From NCBI GenBank assembly GCA_021736985.1, contig JAIPEW010000005.1:26413-90412 (forward strand): a stretch of 64,000 nt of DNA. Reading direction: 5' to 3'. Shown here one piece after another: positions 8,146 through 18,053 of the stretch. The notes beneath the pieces were generated by a model. The model saw only the letters and a program-made list of their open reading frames with translations, was not told the DNA's origin and did no database searches. Each line of letters opens with the position of its first letter. The stretch's first letter is position 1. This DNA comes from Clostridiales bacterium (GTDB taxonomy: Bacteria; Bacillota; Desulfotomaculia; Desulfotomaculales; VENG01). Both the position numbers and the translations under genes were made by a program.

Positions 8146-9324
8146 TTGTCCAAGCCTGTTGTTTATTTTGCTAATGCCAGGTGTCATGCTTATGATTATG
8201 ACTACGGGTTACTGGGAAAGTTTGAAGAGATGCTAAATAGGGTAAACCTGGAAAAATATATATCTGCTAAAGAATACGTGCCTGTCAAAATGCACCTGGG
8301 ATCCCGTGGAGCTTACCGCACAGTACGGCCGGTATTTGTACGCAAAATAGTAGAAGCAGTAAATAAAATTAATGGACAGCCTTTTATTACAGAAAGTGTG
8401 CGTTTGCCGGGTTTAAAGTACCTGCAGGTGGCTAATGCTAATGGTCTAAATGAACAATCTTTGGGAGCGCCAATAGTTATTGCAGATGGTATTTTCGGTT
8501 TAGATTCTGTAAAAGTTGAAAGCGGCCCCATTTTGAATGAAATCGGCGTTTGTTCTGCAATATATGATGCCCCGGCCATGATAGTTGTTTCACACTGCAA
8601 GGGGCATATTGCCAGTGGTTACGGTGGTGCAATAAAAAACCTGGGAATGGGGGGCATTGCTTTTAAAGACCGCAGCAGCGGCATATCGCAGCGTGGGCGC
8701 ATGCATTTCCTGGAAAATGAAGAGCTTACCTGGAACGAGGAAAAATGCAATATGTGTTACCAGTGTGTTAATGTATGTCCGCATGAAAGTTTAGCTTTTG
8801 ATGAAAATAATCAACTGCAGATTGACCAGGAAAAATGTATTCGCTGTGGGCGCTGTGCACGCGTTTGCCCGGAAGGTGCATTAGTGCTGCCTCAAAATGA
8901 AGATTTATTTCAAAAAGTTTTAGCAGAGGCCACGTGTGCCGTACTAAAAACGTTTGATAAAAAAAGAGTACTATATATAAATTTTATAACAGAAGTAATC
9001 CCCGAGTGTGATTGCATGCCCATGACGGATACTCCCCTGGTTCCTGATATTGGGATAATGATTTCAGATGATATTGTGGCCATAGAAAAAGCAACACTGG
9101 ATATGATTAATAAATCTCAATTAATTCAAGATTCTAAAGTTGGTGATAATGGGATTACTACCAATGAAAATATTTTTAAACAGGTAACCGGTAAAGATCC
9201 ATACAAGCATGTAAAAGCTGCAGCTGAGTATGGACTGGGTTCGCTGGATTATGAAATAGAAATGATAGATTGTAAGCCCAAGCCGGACGGCAGTACGGCA
9301 CCAAAAAGTGTATTGGACAAGTAG
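8146..9324 (+). CDS. DUF362-type protein with a 2x[4Fe-4S] ferredoxin insert
   Basis: CNMCYQCVNVCP and CIRCGRCARVCP cluster motifs lie inside a DUF362-like scaffold (SHCKGH, ECDCMP). Confidence 0.7.
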   Translation: MSKPVVYFANARCHAYDYDYGLLGKFEEMLNRVNLEKYISAKEYVPVKMHLGSRGAYRTVRPVFVRKIVEAVNKINGQPFITESVRLPGLKYLQVANANGLNEQSLGAPIVIADGIFGLDSVKVESGPILNEIGVCSAIYDAPAMIVVSHCKGHIASGYGGAIKNLGMGGIAFKDRSSGISQRGRMHFLENEELTWNEEKCNMCYQCVNVCPHESLAFDENNQLQIDQEKCIRCGRCARVCPEGALVLPQNEDLFQKVLAEATCAVLKTFDKKRVLYINFITEVIPECDCMPMTDTPLVPDIGIMISDDIVAIEKATLDMINKSQLIQDSKVGDNGITTNENIFKQVTGKDPYKHVKAAAEYGLGSLDYEIEMIDCKPKPDGSTAPKSVLDK

Positions 9325-9343
9325 TTTTTGCAGCGGCGTTACT

Positions 9344-10252
9344 CTAATTATCTAAGCTGGAAATAATGTAATCTGCAATTTTCTCTTGCTGTAGTATTTG
9401 TTCATGTCCATATATGCTTCCAGGCAGTTTATTTAGTGGATTTACAGAAATAAAGCCGCCGTTCGTTAATAAGTGATCCTCCTGATCCAACAAGCAGGCT
9501 GACCGTGGAAGGACGATTAAATCCTGTGATGTTGCAAAAGTAGCTATGTCTATTCCATTTTTTTGAGCTTTTTTGACTACTTCTATTCTCCAGCTTTCTA
9601 TTTTGGGTTTGTATTTATGCTGCAGCATAAGCTGGCGAACTGCTGTGCTGCCCCAGATGTAACCGTTGTTTTCCAGTATGTTTAAAATATAACCAGGTAT
9701 GTTATAAATATTTCCCGTGAGCGGGGAATTTAGAGTAATTACATTTTTTATTTTATTAACCTTTTTATTGTCATTTTCTAAGTATTTGCTTACAAGGTTA
9801 AATGCTATAAGGCCGCCCAGGCTGTGCCCGACAAGTATGAACTTTGCTTTTGGGTAGGCCCGGGATACGTTTTCAATAAGATTATCCAGGTACATCATAC
9901 TTATTTCAACAGGCTGTCCTGTATCTTCAATGCTGTATTTGTTGGGATGCCATTTACCGTTTATTATGTTTCCCCCGCGATAACTGTATTGTATAAACCT
10001 GCAGTCCTTATAATTAAAACCGTATGGAGTCAACTTCTTTCTAAAAAAATTAAAACACATGTTGTTATAGCAAGTCCCATCGCATTTTGTACTTAAACCT
10101 TTTATAAACACTATGTATGTGTTTGTAAAAGTGTTTTTTTTTGTACTTGCACCGGCGTTTTTTACCAGATAATTGCACAAGTAAAAACAGGTTATAAAAA
10201 TTATAACCGCTGCTGCAGAATTGAGAAATAAAAAAGATTTTTTACTGGTCAT
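9344..10252 (-). CDS. membrane-anchored alpha/beta hydrolase (lipase/esterase-like)
   Basis: N-terminal TM helix and the nucleophile elbow VGHSLGG. Confidence 0.65.
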   Translation of the reverse strand: MTSKKSFLFLNSAAAVIIFITCFYLCNYLVKNAGASTKKNTFTNTYIVFIKGLSTKCDGTCYNNMCFNFFRKKLTPYGFNYKDCRFIQYSYRGGNIINGKWHPNKYSIEDTGQPVEISMMYLDNLIENVSRAYPKAKFILVGHSLGGLIAFNLVSKYLENDNKKVNKIKNVITLNSPLTGNIYNIPGYILNILENNGYIWGSTAVRQLMLQHKYKPKIESWRIEVVKKAQKNGIDIATFATSQDLIVLPRSACLLDQEDHLLTNGGFISVNPLNKLPGSIYGHEQILQQEKIADYIISSLDN

Positions 10253-10439
10253 ATTTTTAGCAATTGCAAAAATTATATTATTTACTCCAGGTAATAATAT
10301 GTAATTATTCTGTTAATTTTAGGTTTTTCAACAATGTTGAATTTTGTAAACTTACAATAGTATTGCTTATGTTATAATAAAAGTGTTTTCTATATTAATT
10401 TTAATCAAATTAGTACTGTTATTGCTAGGGGTTTTAAAA

Positions 10440-12290
10440 ATGAGACGACAAGATGCGAGAAAAAGAATAATTGCCTTAATGGTAATATTAGGATTAATTT
10501 TTGCTGTACTAGTAGGAAGACTGGCTTATTTGCAATTAGTAAAAGTGAACAGGTATAAAACGCTGGCCAGGGAAAACATGGTGCGTATTATACCTATGAA
10601 AGCACCAAGAGGTAAAATAGTCGATCGTAATAAAAAAATTATAGTAACAAATAAGCCTGAGTATGCCCTGTCGCTTTCATTTCTCGGGATGAGTGAAAAA
10701 GAGCGCCAGAATATAAAGAAGCTGCTGGCCCAGATATTGTCCAGAGATAAAAGTTTAGAACTTACAGCAGCTGAGTGGCACGAAAAAATAGAAGAAAAAC
10801 TAGAAAAACAGACTAAGTCATATATACCTGTTAGAATTGTTTCCGGGGTATCCTGGAATACAGTGGTTGAAGTGAAAGAACGGGGACTTGATTTGCCCGG
10901 TGTGATTGTAGAAGAAGAACCGGTACGGCAGTATCCCCACGGAGACTTGCTTGCTCATGTGGCAGGTTATGTCCGGCAGATTAACAGCCAGCAGTTAAAG
11001 GCTCACCAGGATGAAGGTTATCAACTGGGTGATATGTATGGCCAATCCGGCCTGGAGAAATCGTTTGAAAAGTATTTACGCGGTGAGAAAGGGGCCCAGC
11101 GTATAGAAGTAGATGCATACGGGAGGCCTGTAAATGTGTATGGTGTCAAAAAATCTATTCCGGGAAGCGACCTGGTTTTAACTGTGGATAACAGGTTGCA
11201 AAAGGCTGCAGAGGAAGCATTGGTAGAAGGGATAAAAATGGCCCGGGAAAACGGGCACGAAGAAGCTGAAAATGGAAGTACGGTAGTTATGGATGTTAAT
11301 AGTGGTGCTGTACTGGCCATGGCCAGCTATCCTTCTTATAACCCCGAGATCTTTACAGGCATAGTGACACAAGAAGAATTAAAAGGAATATCTTTATTGA
11401 ACAGGGCTATAAATGCTTATCCTCCTGGATCAGTATTTAAGCCAGTTACTGGTGCGGCTATATTGGAAAACGATATTGTAAATCCTGATCATGCTATTTC
11501 AGATCCGGGTTATTATATGCTTGGAAGTACGCGATTTAATGATTGGAAGCCCGGGGGACATGGGAAAGTTGATTTTAGAAAAGCTCTGCAAGTGTCCTGC
11601 AACACGTATTTTTATAAGTACAGTCGTAAAGTTGGACACGAGGCAATAGCTCATTATGCCAGGGAATTTGGCCTGGGGCAAAAAACTGGTATAAGATTAC
11701 CCGGGGAAGAAAAAGGATTATTACCAACTTTGGAAAATAAGCGTAAAAAATTTGATAAGAACAGCTGGGAATACGATTGGCATACTTATGACACATTAAA
11801 TATGGGAATCGGACAGGGATACAGTAAGTATACTCCCCTTCAGCTGGCAAATTATGTATCTTCTATTGCCAACGGTGGAACCTTGTACAAGCCTTATGTT
11901 GTAGAAAAGATTGTAAAACAGGACGGGAGCCTTGAAAAAGAGTACGAGCCAGAAATTAAAAAAACAGTGGATGTATCTGAAAAAACGTTGCAAATAATCA
12001 GGGAAGGCATGCATATGGTTACACAACCTGGCGGTACAGCTGCAGGAGTTTTTTGGGACTTCCCAATTGGTGCTGCAGCTAAAACAGGGTCTGCAGAGGT
12101 AGGTGACCATGATACACATGCTCTTTTTGCTTCCTTTGTTCCGTATGAAAATCCTGAAATAGCGGTGATTACAATTATAGAGCACGGGGGTTCTGGGAGT
12201 GCATCAGCGGGGCCCGTTGCCCGTGATATACTGGATGTTTACCTTGAAATAAATAAGGATCTTATTGATTACCAGGAGCCTCAAAAATAA
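10440..12290 (+). CDS. mrdA: penicillin-binding protein 2 (class B, elongation-type)
   Basis: SVFKP (SxxK), SCN (SxN) and KTGSAE (KTG) motifs. The ATG at 10440 (MRRQDARKR, then a TM helix) is preferred over the track start at 10383. Confidence 0.85.
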   Translation: MRRQDARKRIIALMVILGLIFAVLVGRLAYLQLVKVNRYKTLARENMVRIIPMKAPRGKIVDRNKKIIVTNKPEYALSLSFLGMSEKERQNIKKLLAQILSRDKSLELTAAEWHEKIEEKLEKQTKSYIPVRIVSGVSWNTVVEVKERGLDLPGVIVEEEPVRQYPHGDLLAHVAGYVRQINSQQLKAHQDEGYQLGDMYGQSGLEKSFEKYLRGEKGAQRIEVDAYGRPVNVYGVKKSIPGSDLVLTVDNRLQKAAEEALVEGIKMARENGHEEAENGSTVVMDVNSGAVLAMASYPSYNPEIFTGIVTQEELKGISLLNRAINAYPPGSVFKPVTGAAILENDIVNPDHAISDPGYYMLGSTRFNDWKPGGHGKVDFRKALQVSCNTYFYKYSRKVGHEAIAHYAREFGLGQKTGIRLPGEEKGLLPTLENKRKKFDKNSWEYDWHTYDTLNMGIGQGYSKYTPLQLANYVSSIANGGTLYKPYVVEKIVKQDGSLEKEYEPEIKKTVDVSEKTLQIIREGMHMVTQPGGTAAGVFWDFPIGAAAKTGSAEVGDHDTHALFASFVPYENPEIAVITIIEHGGSGSASAGPVARDILDVYLEINKDLIDYQEPQK

Positions 12291-14370
12291 TCTTTATCTT
12301 TGTTTCCGGGGGGACTTTACTCCCCGGTTTTATATTTTGTTTGACAGCTAACCCGGTACCTTCGGGATCTAACAGCAGTTGAATGTTTTGTAATGTGTTA
12401 GCTGTTTCTTTTATTGTAAGTCCTTTCAAGTTTGGGACAGTAATTTCTTCATTTTCTCCGGTTGTAGAAGCCAGTTTTAAGTTTATAGTACTACCTTTGC
12501 TTACCCTGGTGTTTGGAGAAGGCTGCTGGCTGTTTACAATGTTTCCCTCGCCGGTAGTACTGAATCTCAAGCCTAAAGAGTTTAGTATTTTTTTAGCACT
12601 TTGTACCGGGCGGTTTTTTAAACCAGGGACGGTTACATTAGACTGCTGGAGATTATCTTTTTGTTCCCCGGAATTTGAAGTTGAGATGCGCGGTATGTCC
12701 AAGTATCTTAGAGTATTTTCTGTTATATTCTTAAAAGCAGGTGCTGCAATTTCTCCTCCGTGATATCTTGGGCCTTCAGGGTCCGCTATCATAACCAGGA
12801 CAGAAACCTGCGGGTTGTCTGCCGGTGCAAACCCTGCAAAGGATGCCACATATTTTCCTTCTATATAACCACTATCTCCCACGACCTGGGCTGTACCCGT
12901 CTTCCCGGCTACGCGATAACCTTCTATATAAGCCTTTTTACCTGTTCCCTGGGAAACTACTTTTTCTAACATGCTCCTTATTATTTTAGAAGTGTCTTTT
13001 GAGATTACTTTTCTTTTAATATGTGGTTCGAATTTTTTAACAGTTTTCCCCCCGGGGGTTGTAATTTCTTCTACAATATAAGGCTTCATAAGTTTTCCGC
13101 CGTTTGCTGCTGCCGATATTCCATTTATAAGTTGAATGGGAGTTACGGCTATAGATTGTCCAATAGCCATTGATGCAATATTTAATTCGGTAGCTTCTTT
13201 TTCTGGAATCATAATACCTTTTTCTTCCCCGGGTAAATCTATACCGGTGCTTTTATTGAAACCAAAATCTTTTATATAAGGGTAAAAACCTTTTTTACCA
13301 AGTTCCAGGGCAACTTTTACAAATCCTGGGTTGCAAGAATTTTGAACTACTTCTTCGAATGTTTGTATGCCGTGTCCCCCGTTTTTCCAACAATGAATTC
13401 TTTCCCCGGAAACATTAATATAACCGGGGTCGTAAAATGTATCCTGTGGGCTAACAGTGTTTGTTTCAAGTGCTGCAGAAGCAGTGATGATTTTAAAGGT
13501 AGAACCTGGTTCATAATTGTACCAGGCAGCAGGATTGTGGTTCCAAACTTCTTTTGAGCTTTTTTCCCAGTGATTGGGATTAAATGTAGGCGTATTTTCC
13601 ATGGCCAGTATTTTGCCGGTTTGTGGATCCATTACTATTCCAACTGCTAATTTAGGATTAGTAGTCTGCATAATTTTTTTTAATTCTTTTTGTACATAAT
13701 ACTGTATAGTCTTATCTATAGTAAGTGTCAGGTTGTTTCCCTGTTTTGGTTTAACATATTGTTGCGTGGTGCCTGGTATTTTTCTTCCAAGTGCATCGAA
13801 TTCGGCAATGATCTTTCCGCTTTTTCCTTTTAATGTGCTGTCGTAGCTTTTCTCTATACCAAGCAGTCCCTGGTTGTCAATGCCGGTAAAACCCAGTAAA
13901 TGAGAAGCCATAGGACCGTTTAAGTAAAAACGGTCGCTTTCTTGTACTGATTTTATGCCTTCCAGCTTTAAGTTTTTTATTTTTTGAGCAGTTTCAAAAT
14001 TAATTTTACGTGCTATCCATTGAAATTCATTACTTCCAGTTAATTTTTTAATAATAGTATCTTTGTCCAGGTCAAGTAATGTACTTAATTTTTGAGCAGT
14101 TTTATCTGGATTATTTATTTCTTTGGGAATGGCATAGATTGAATCAACACTTATGTTAGTAACAAGCTTATTTCCCCTGGAGTCTTTTATTATGCCGCGG
14201 CTTGGAGCCAGGGATATGCTGTGAATTCGTTTATTGGATGCTTTATTTTCTAATTCTTCTCCTTGTACAAGTTGAATCCAAACTAAATGAGCAGTTAATA
14301 ATATAAAAGATAAACTAAATAAAATAAAAACTTGCGTAAGTCTTCTATGTACGATATTTTTTTTGTTCAT
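12262..14370 (-). CDS. class B penicillin-binding protein with two C-terminal PASTA domains (SpoVD/PBP2B-like)
   Basis: STFK, SCN and KTGTAQ motifs, plus two PASTA-like repeats (VTVPGLKN.. and ITVPNLKGL..). The 3' end overlaps mrdA by 29 bp. Confidence 0.85.
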   Translation of the reverse strand: MNKKNIVHRRLTQVFILFSLSFILLTAHLVWIQLVQGEELENKASNKRIHSISLAPSRGIIKDSRGNKLVTNISVDSIYAIPKEINNPDKTAQKLSTLLDLDKDTIIKKLTGSNEFQWIARKINFETAQKIKNLKLEGIKSVQESDRFYLNGPMASHLLGFTGIDNQGLLGIEKSYDSTLKGKSGKIIAEFDALGRKIPGTTQQYVKPKQGNNLTLTIDKTIQYYVQKELKKIMQTTNPKLAVGIVMDPQTGKILAMENTPTFNPNHWEKSSKEVWNHNPAAWYNYEPGSTFKIITASAALETNTVSPQDTFYDPGYINVSGERIHCWKNGGHGIQTFEEVVQNSCNPGFVKVALELGKKGFYPYIKDFGFNKSTGIDLPGEEKGIMIPEKEATELNIASMAIGQSIAVTPIQLINGISAAANGGKLMKPYIVEEITTPGGKTVKKFEPHIKRKVISKDTSKIIRSMLEKVVSQGTGKKAYIEGYRVAGKTGTAQVVGDSGYIEGKYVASFAGFAPADNPQVSVLVMIADPEGPRYHGGEIAAPAFKNITENTLRYLDIPRISTSNSGEQKDNLQQSNVTVPGLKNRPVQSAKKILNSLGLRFSTTGEGNIVNSQQPSPNTRVSKGSTINLKLASTTGENEEITVPNLKGLTIKETANTLQNIQLLLDPEGTGLAVKQNIKPGSKVPPETKIKIIFEAPGNQ

Positions 14371-14648
14371 TGTTTTTCACCCTTGAATTTAAAATTTAAG
14401 TTTTGTAACAATAAAGTACCTTTGATCATATTATTATAAAGATGCAACGGCGAACGGGTGATGCCATGAATTTATATATGGTGTTACACGATAGATACCC
14501 GGGTTAAAATACCCCGGGTATTTTAATTTTAGATAATATTTCTTATTGTATTTTTCTACTTTTTTGGTTTTTATTCCTTTGTTTTTATTAAGTATCCCGG
14601 CTAAAAATATTTACTTTTGTGCAAGATAAATAAAAAGGAGGGATAGTT

Positions 14649-15071
14649 ATGCGCAGAGGAAAGATCCCTTTTGTAGGGAGTAATATGTCACTCAAACGCC
14701 CGATTGAAGAGATATTTCGTGTAATGGATGATTCTTTTGAGAGATTAAAGAAAATTTTTGTAGATGTCTACGAGGAAAATAATACAATAGTTGTAGAAGC
14801 TGATTTGCCGGGGTTTAAAAAGGAAGATGTCAGGGTTGATGTTAGAGATGATTCATTGTTTCTCCATGCCAGCCGTGACAATAATGAAGAAGAGAAAAAC
14901 AGAAATTATTATCGCAGAGATCGAGTAGATGCACAACTTAAAGAAGAGATATCCCTTCCTTTAGAAGTAGACAAGGAAAATGCTGCTGCCACGATGAAGG
15001 ATGGGGTTTTAGAAATAAGATTGCCCAAAGTAGAAAGTTATGAGGATGTTAATCGCATTGATATTAAATAA
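14649..15071 (+). CDS. Hsp20/alpha-crystallin small heat-shock protein
   Basis: The alpha-crystallin core runs from IVVEADLPGFKKEDVRVDV to GVLEIRLPK. Confidence 0.85.
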   Translation: MRRGKIPFVGSNMSLKRPIEEIFRVMDDSFERLKKIFVDVYEENNTIVVEADLPGFKKEDVRVDVRDDSLFLHASRDNNEEEKNRNYYRRDRVDAQLKEEISLPLEVDKENAAATMKDGVLEIRLPKVESYEDVNRIDIK

Positions 15072-15087
15072 TTATTATAAAGAGATA

Positions 15088-15115
15088 TAAAAATGGCCTT
15101 AAGGCCATTTTTATT
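15088..15115 (+). terminator. intrinsic terminator after hsp20
   Basis: aaaaatggccttaaggccatttttatt. Confidence 0.75.
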
Positions 15116-15230
15116 ATAGTTTAAGTGATAAGTTTTCAAAGGACAAAAAGCATTTTTTGAAGAATATTCACAGCAGGGCGAATCTCTCTTCTATTTTGCT
15201 CAATTACTTTAAAGAAGGAAAGTTATAAGT

Positions 15231-15803
15231 ATGAAATTTGACATGGAATTGACGCGAAAAAATTTAATTATGCTAAGTATATTATTCTCTCTTGTTTTAA
15301 TCATTTTATCTTTCTTTATAAAAGGTATATATTTAAAAGAAAATTTTAATATATTTACAGGTAATTTATTAATACAATTAATAATAGGAATAACTTACGG
15401 AATAGCTGCAGGAAGTATAAGCCTTTTTTTATTGATTAAATTAAAAATTTTTAAAGAACTGAAAAGTCTTTTTCAAGAATTAATAATAAAGACGAAAATA
15501 ACTATGCCCGTTATCTTGTTTATTTCTATTAGTGCAGGTATAAGTGAAGAATTAATGTTTCGTGGGGTTCTACAACAATTAATTGGTATTTGGTGGTCTT
15601 CACTTATGTTTATTGCCTTACACGGATATTTTAACCCTTGTAATTGGAAAATAACTACGTACGGCCTGCTCATGTTCTCAATAAGTTTAGGCCTGGGCTT
15701 ATTGTATGAGACCTGTGGTTTAGTTTCTGTTATTTCAGCCCATGCACTGGTAGATATAGTTATTTTTCAGGGACTGTTAGTAAATGTATCAGAATCTAGT
15801 TAG
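15231..15803 (+). CDS. CPBP family intramembrane glutamic endopeptidase (CAAX protease-like)
   Basis: Polytopic protein with SEELMFRG, FIALHG and AHALVD motifs. Confidence 0.8.
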   Translation: MKFDMELTRKNLIMLSILFSLVLIILSFFIKGIYLKENFNIFTGNLLIQLIIGITYGIAAGSISLFLLIKLKIFKELKSLFQELIIKTKITMPVILFISISAGISEELMFRGVLQQLIGIWWSSLMFIALHGYFNPCNWKITTYGLLMFSISLGLGLLYETCGLVSVISAHALVDIVIFQGLLVNVSESS

Positions 15804-15833
15804 TTGTTAAATCTTCTGAATGGAAGTGATTTT

Positions 15834-16586
15834 ATGAGTGATTATAAGTTTATAGAAATGTATTTAGATAAAAATTCTAACGGTAGGCCTGGAGTTAAAA
15901 TTAAACCTAAGGCCCTGGTAATTCATTGGACTGCTAATACTGACGTGGGAGCGGATGCAAAGGCAAATAGAAATTACTTTAATAATTCCGGTGATTATGC
16001 AAGTACTCATTATATTGTAGATGATCAAGTTGTAATACAATGTTTGCCGGAAGATGAAATGGGTTTTCACGTTGGTTCAAGCTACTACAAACCTGATGCA
16101 CTGAAGTTATTAAGCAATTATCCCAATGACTGTACAATTGGTATAGAAATGTGTGTGAATAAAGATGGGGATTTTCAAAAAACCTATCAAAATACTGCGG
16201 CTTTAAGTACGGAAATAGTAAACCGGTACAATTGGAACCAGGAGAATCTCTGGCGCCATTATGATATTACCGGCAAATATTGTCCCAGGTATTTTGTAAA
16301 CGATATTACAGCCCGGGAATATAATTTTTCATCTGCCAGCAAGGGGTGGGAAAGTTTTCAAGATGAAGTATTAAGAGTTTCAGAAGAAAATAACAGTAGC
16401 AAGGGACTATTTAAGGATTTACAGGGGTACTGGGCACAAGAAACAATAGAAAGAGCTTATAAACTGGGGCTGGTTTCTGGGGTAAGTGAAGATGAATTTG
16501 CACCGGATAAATTTTTAACGCGGGCTGAAGGCGTTGTTTTACTTATGCGATTATATGATGAAATTAAAGAAACCGGTATTACTTAG
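15834..16586 (+). CDS. N-acetylmuramoyl-L-alanine amidase (Amidase_2/PGRP) with a C-terminal SLH domain
   Basis: Amidase core (VIHWTAN, ASTHYIVD, CPRYF). The C-terminal FKDLQGYWAQETIERAYKLGLVSGVSEDEFAPDKFLTRAEG is an S-layer homology repeat. The track start is 15804. Confidence 0.8.
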   Translation: MSDYKFIEMYLDKNSNGRPGVKIKPKALVIHWTANTDVGADAKANRNYFNNSGDYASTHYIVDDQVVIQCLPEDEMGFHVGSSYYKPDALKLLSNYPNDCTIGIEMCVNKDGDFQKTYQNTAALSTEIVNRYNWNQENLWRHYDITGKYCPRYFVNDITAREYNFSSASKGWESFQDEVLRVSEENNSSKGLFKDLQGYWAQETIERAYKLGLVSGVSEDEFAPDKFLTRAEGVVLLMRLYDEIKETGIT

Positions 16587-17034
16587 CTCCGGCTTCTTTT
16601 AATAATTTTATAACCTCAGAGAAGTTGTCATTTTCTGCTATCATCAAAGCTTTTAACCCGTTTTTACTTTGCAGGTTTACGTCGGCACCGTTGTCTATAA
16701 GCTCTTTTATAATATCCAGGTGCCCTTTGTGTACTGCTGCCATCAATGCAGTTATACCGTCTTCACTTTGGGTGTTCACGTTAGCACCTTTTTTAAAAAG
16801 GGATTTTATCATGGAAAGATGACCATTATATGAAGCTAATATGAGTGGTGTTGCATCGTAAACATTTTTTACTTCGGTGTCCATACCGGCATCTATAAAA
16901 ATTTCTACTGCAAGATTATTGCCTTCGTCTACCGTTTTAAAAAAAGTTTCTCTATCGTTTGATATATTCATATCTTCTAATTCCTTTTGTGCGTCTTCTG
17001 GGGTTCTCGGAAAATCTGCATGCATATCTATCAC
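16579..17034 (-). CDS. ankyrin-repeat protein
   Basis: Three or four ANK repeats (TPLILASYNGHLSMIKSLFKKGANVN, ITALMAAVHKGHLDIIKELIDNGADVN). Confidence 0.85.
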   Translation of the reverse strand: MIDMHADFPRTPEDAQKELEDMNISNDRETFFKTVDEGNNLAVEIFIDAGMDTEVKNVYDATPLILASYNGHLSMIKSLFKKGANVNTQSEDGITALMAAVHKGHLDIIKELIDNGADVNLQSKNGLKALMIAENDNFSEVIKLLKEAGAK

Positions 17035-17390
17035 CCTTTCATTTTTGTGGACCTAAAAACTCAAGTATATAAAAAACTCTGGTTAGTTTACCAGAGAGTA
17101 ATTCTATTATGTAAAATTAATTCCTGCATATTTTTTAAATTATGTTCAAAATTAAATTTGTTTGTAAATAAACACGTTTTGTTATTGTGCAAAAATTCTA
17201 AAAACATAGACTAAAAAGAAGAGCCCGTTAAGGGCAAATAACGTAAAGAAGATGAAAGAAACTTCGATGTTATTCTACATTTTGTTACTTTTATAGTCAA
17301 TGTTTTTTATATATTAATTATTGGTTATTTTCAGTTTATAAAATTGAGTCTATACTAAAATATAATAATACTAACAGGGAGTGAAAGTAT

Positions 17391-17810
17391 ATCAGTGAAG
17401 GAAAAGTTTTAGCAGTTAATTTTAGTGAGGTCAGGGGAAATAAAAGCAGTGTAGAAAAGATTAGGGTTATTGAAGATTGGGGAGTAGAAGGCGACGTACA
17501 TGGAGGAAATTGGGACCGGCAGGTAAGTATTTTTCCCGTGGAATCCTTGCAAAAAGTTCCAGATTATAAAAAAGAAGAAGTACTTAATGGAGAATATACT
17601 GAGAATATAACAATTTCCGGTGTAGCATTAAATGATTTGATGGAAGGTAGTACAATAAGGGTTGGAGAAGCTGTAATTAAAATTATGCATGTAGGTAAGG
17701 AAAAATTTAAGGAAAACGGTCGTCCTTATATTGTGAGCAGGGAAGGTCGTTTTGGTCGTGCATTAAAAGGTGGAAAAGTTCAGACAGGTGACTCCGTGAA
17801 AGTAATATAA
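17391..17810 (+). CDS. MOSC domain protein; apparent non-canonical ATC start
   Basis: The track shows only 17538-17810. The frame is open from 17385 and encodes ISEGKVLAVNFSEVRGNKSSVEKIRVIEDWGVEGDVHGGNWDRQVSIF, the normal MOSC N-terminus. An in-frame TGA sits at 17382-17384, and there is no ATG/GTG/TTG between that stop and the conserved region. Confidence 0.7.
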   Translation: MSEGKVLAVNFSEVRGNKSSVEKIRVIEDWGVEGDVHGGNWDRQVSIFPVESLQKVPDYKKEEVLNGEYTENITISGVALNDLMEGSTIRVGEAVIKIMHVGKEKFKENGRPYIVSREGRFGRALKGGKVQTGDSVKVI

Positions 17811-17877
17811 TGGAAGTAATACAAGAATAATATAAGTTTGTAAGGTTAAAAAAACTTGATTTATTTGTAAAAAAGAA

Positions 17878-17913
17878 ACTCTTGCTGTAAAAATAACAGC
17901 AAGAGTTTTTTTT
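17878..17913 (+). terminator. intrinsic terminator after the MOSC gene
   Basis: actcttgctgt-aaaaata-acagcaagagt followed by T7. Confidence 0.8.
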
Positions 17914-18053
17914 ACTAGATATTTAGGTAGGTTTAATATTTTTTTTAACCTTTTAATTTAGTATATAAAAAAACACGTTATGAAAGGAGGGTGTAAATAA
18001 TTAGTGCAATTAATTTTATAAAAAGGATAGTAAAAACTAAAAATGATAATTTA

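Noticed and set aside
14443-14530. A 21-codon ORF and a hairpin (atacccggg..cccgggtat plus a T-run) lie upstream of hsp20. I also looked for CIRCE/HAIR heat-shock operators.
   Set aside because: The mini-ORF has no SD and there is no CIRCE (TTAGCACTC-N9-GAGTGCTAA). The hairpin alone is insufficient to call a regulatory element.
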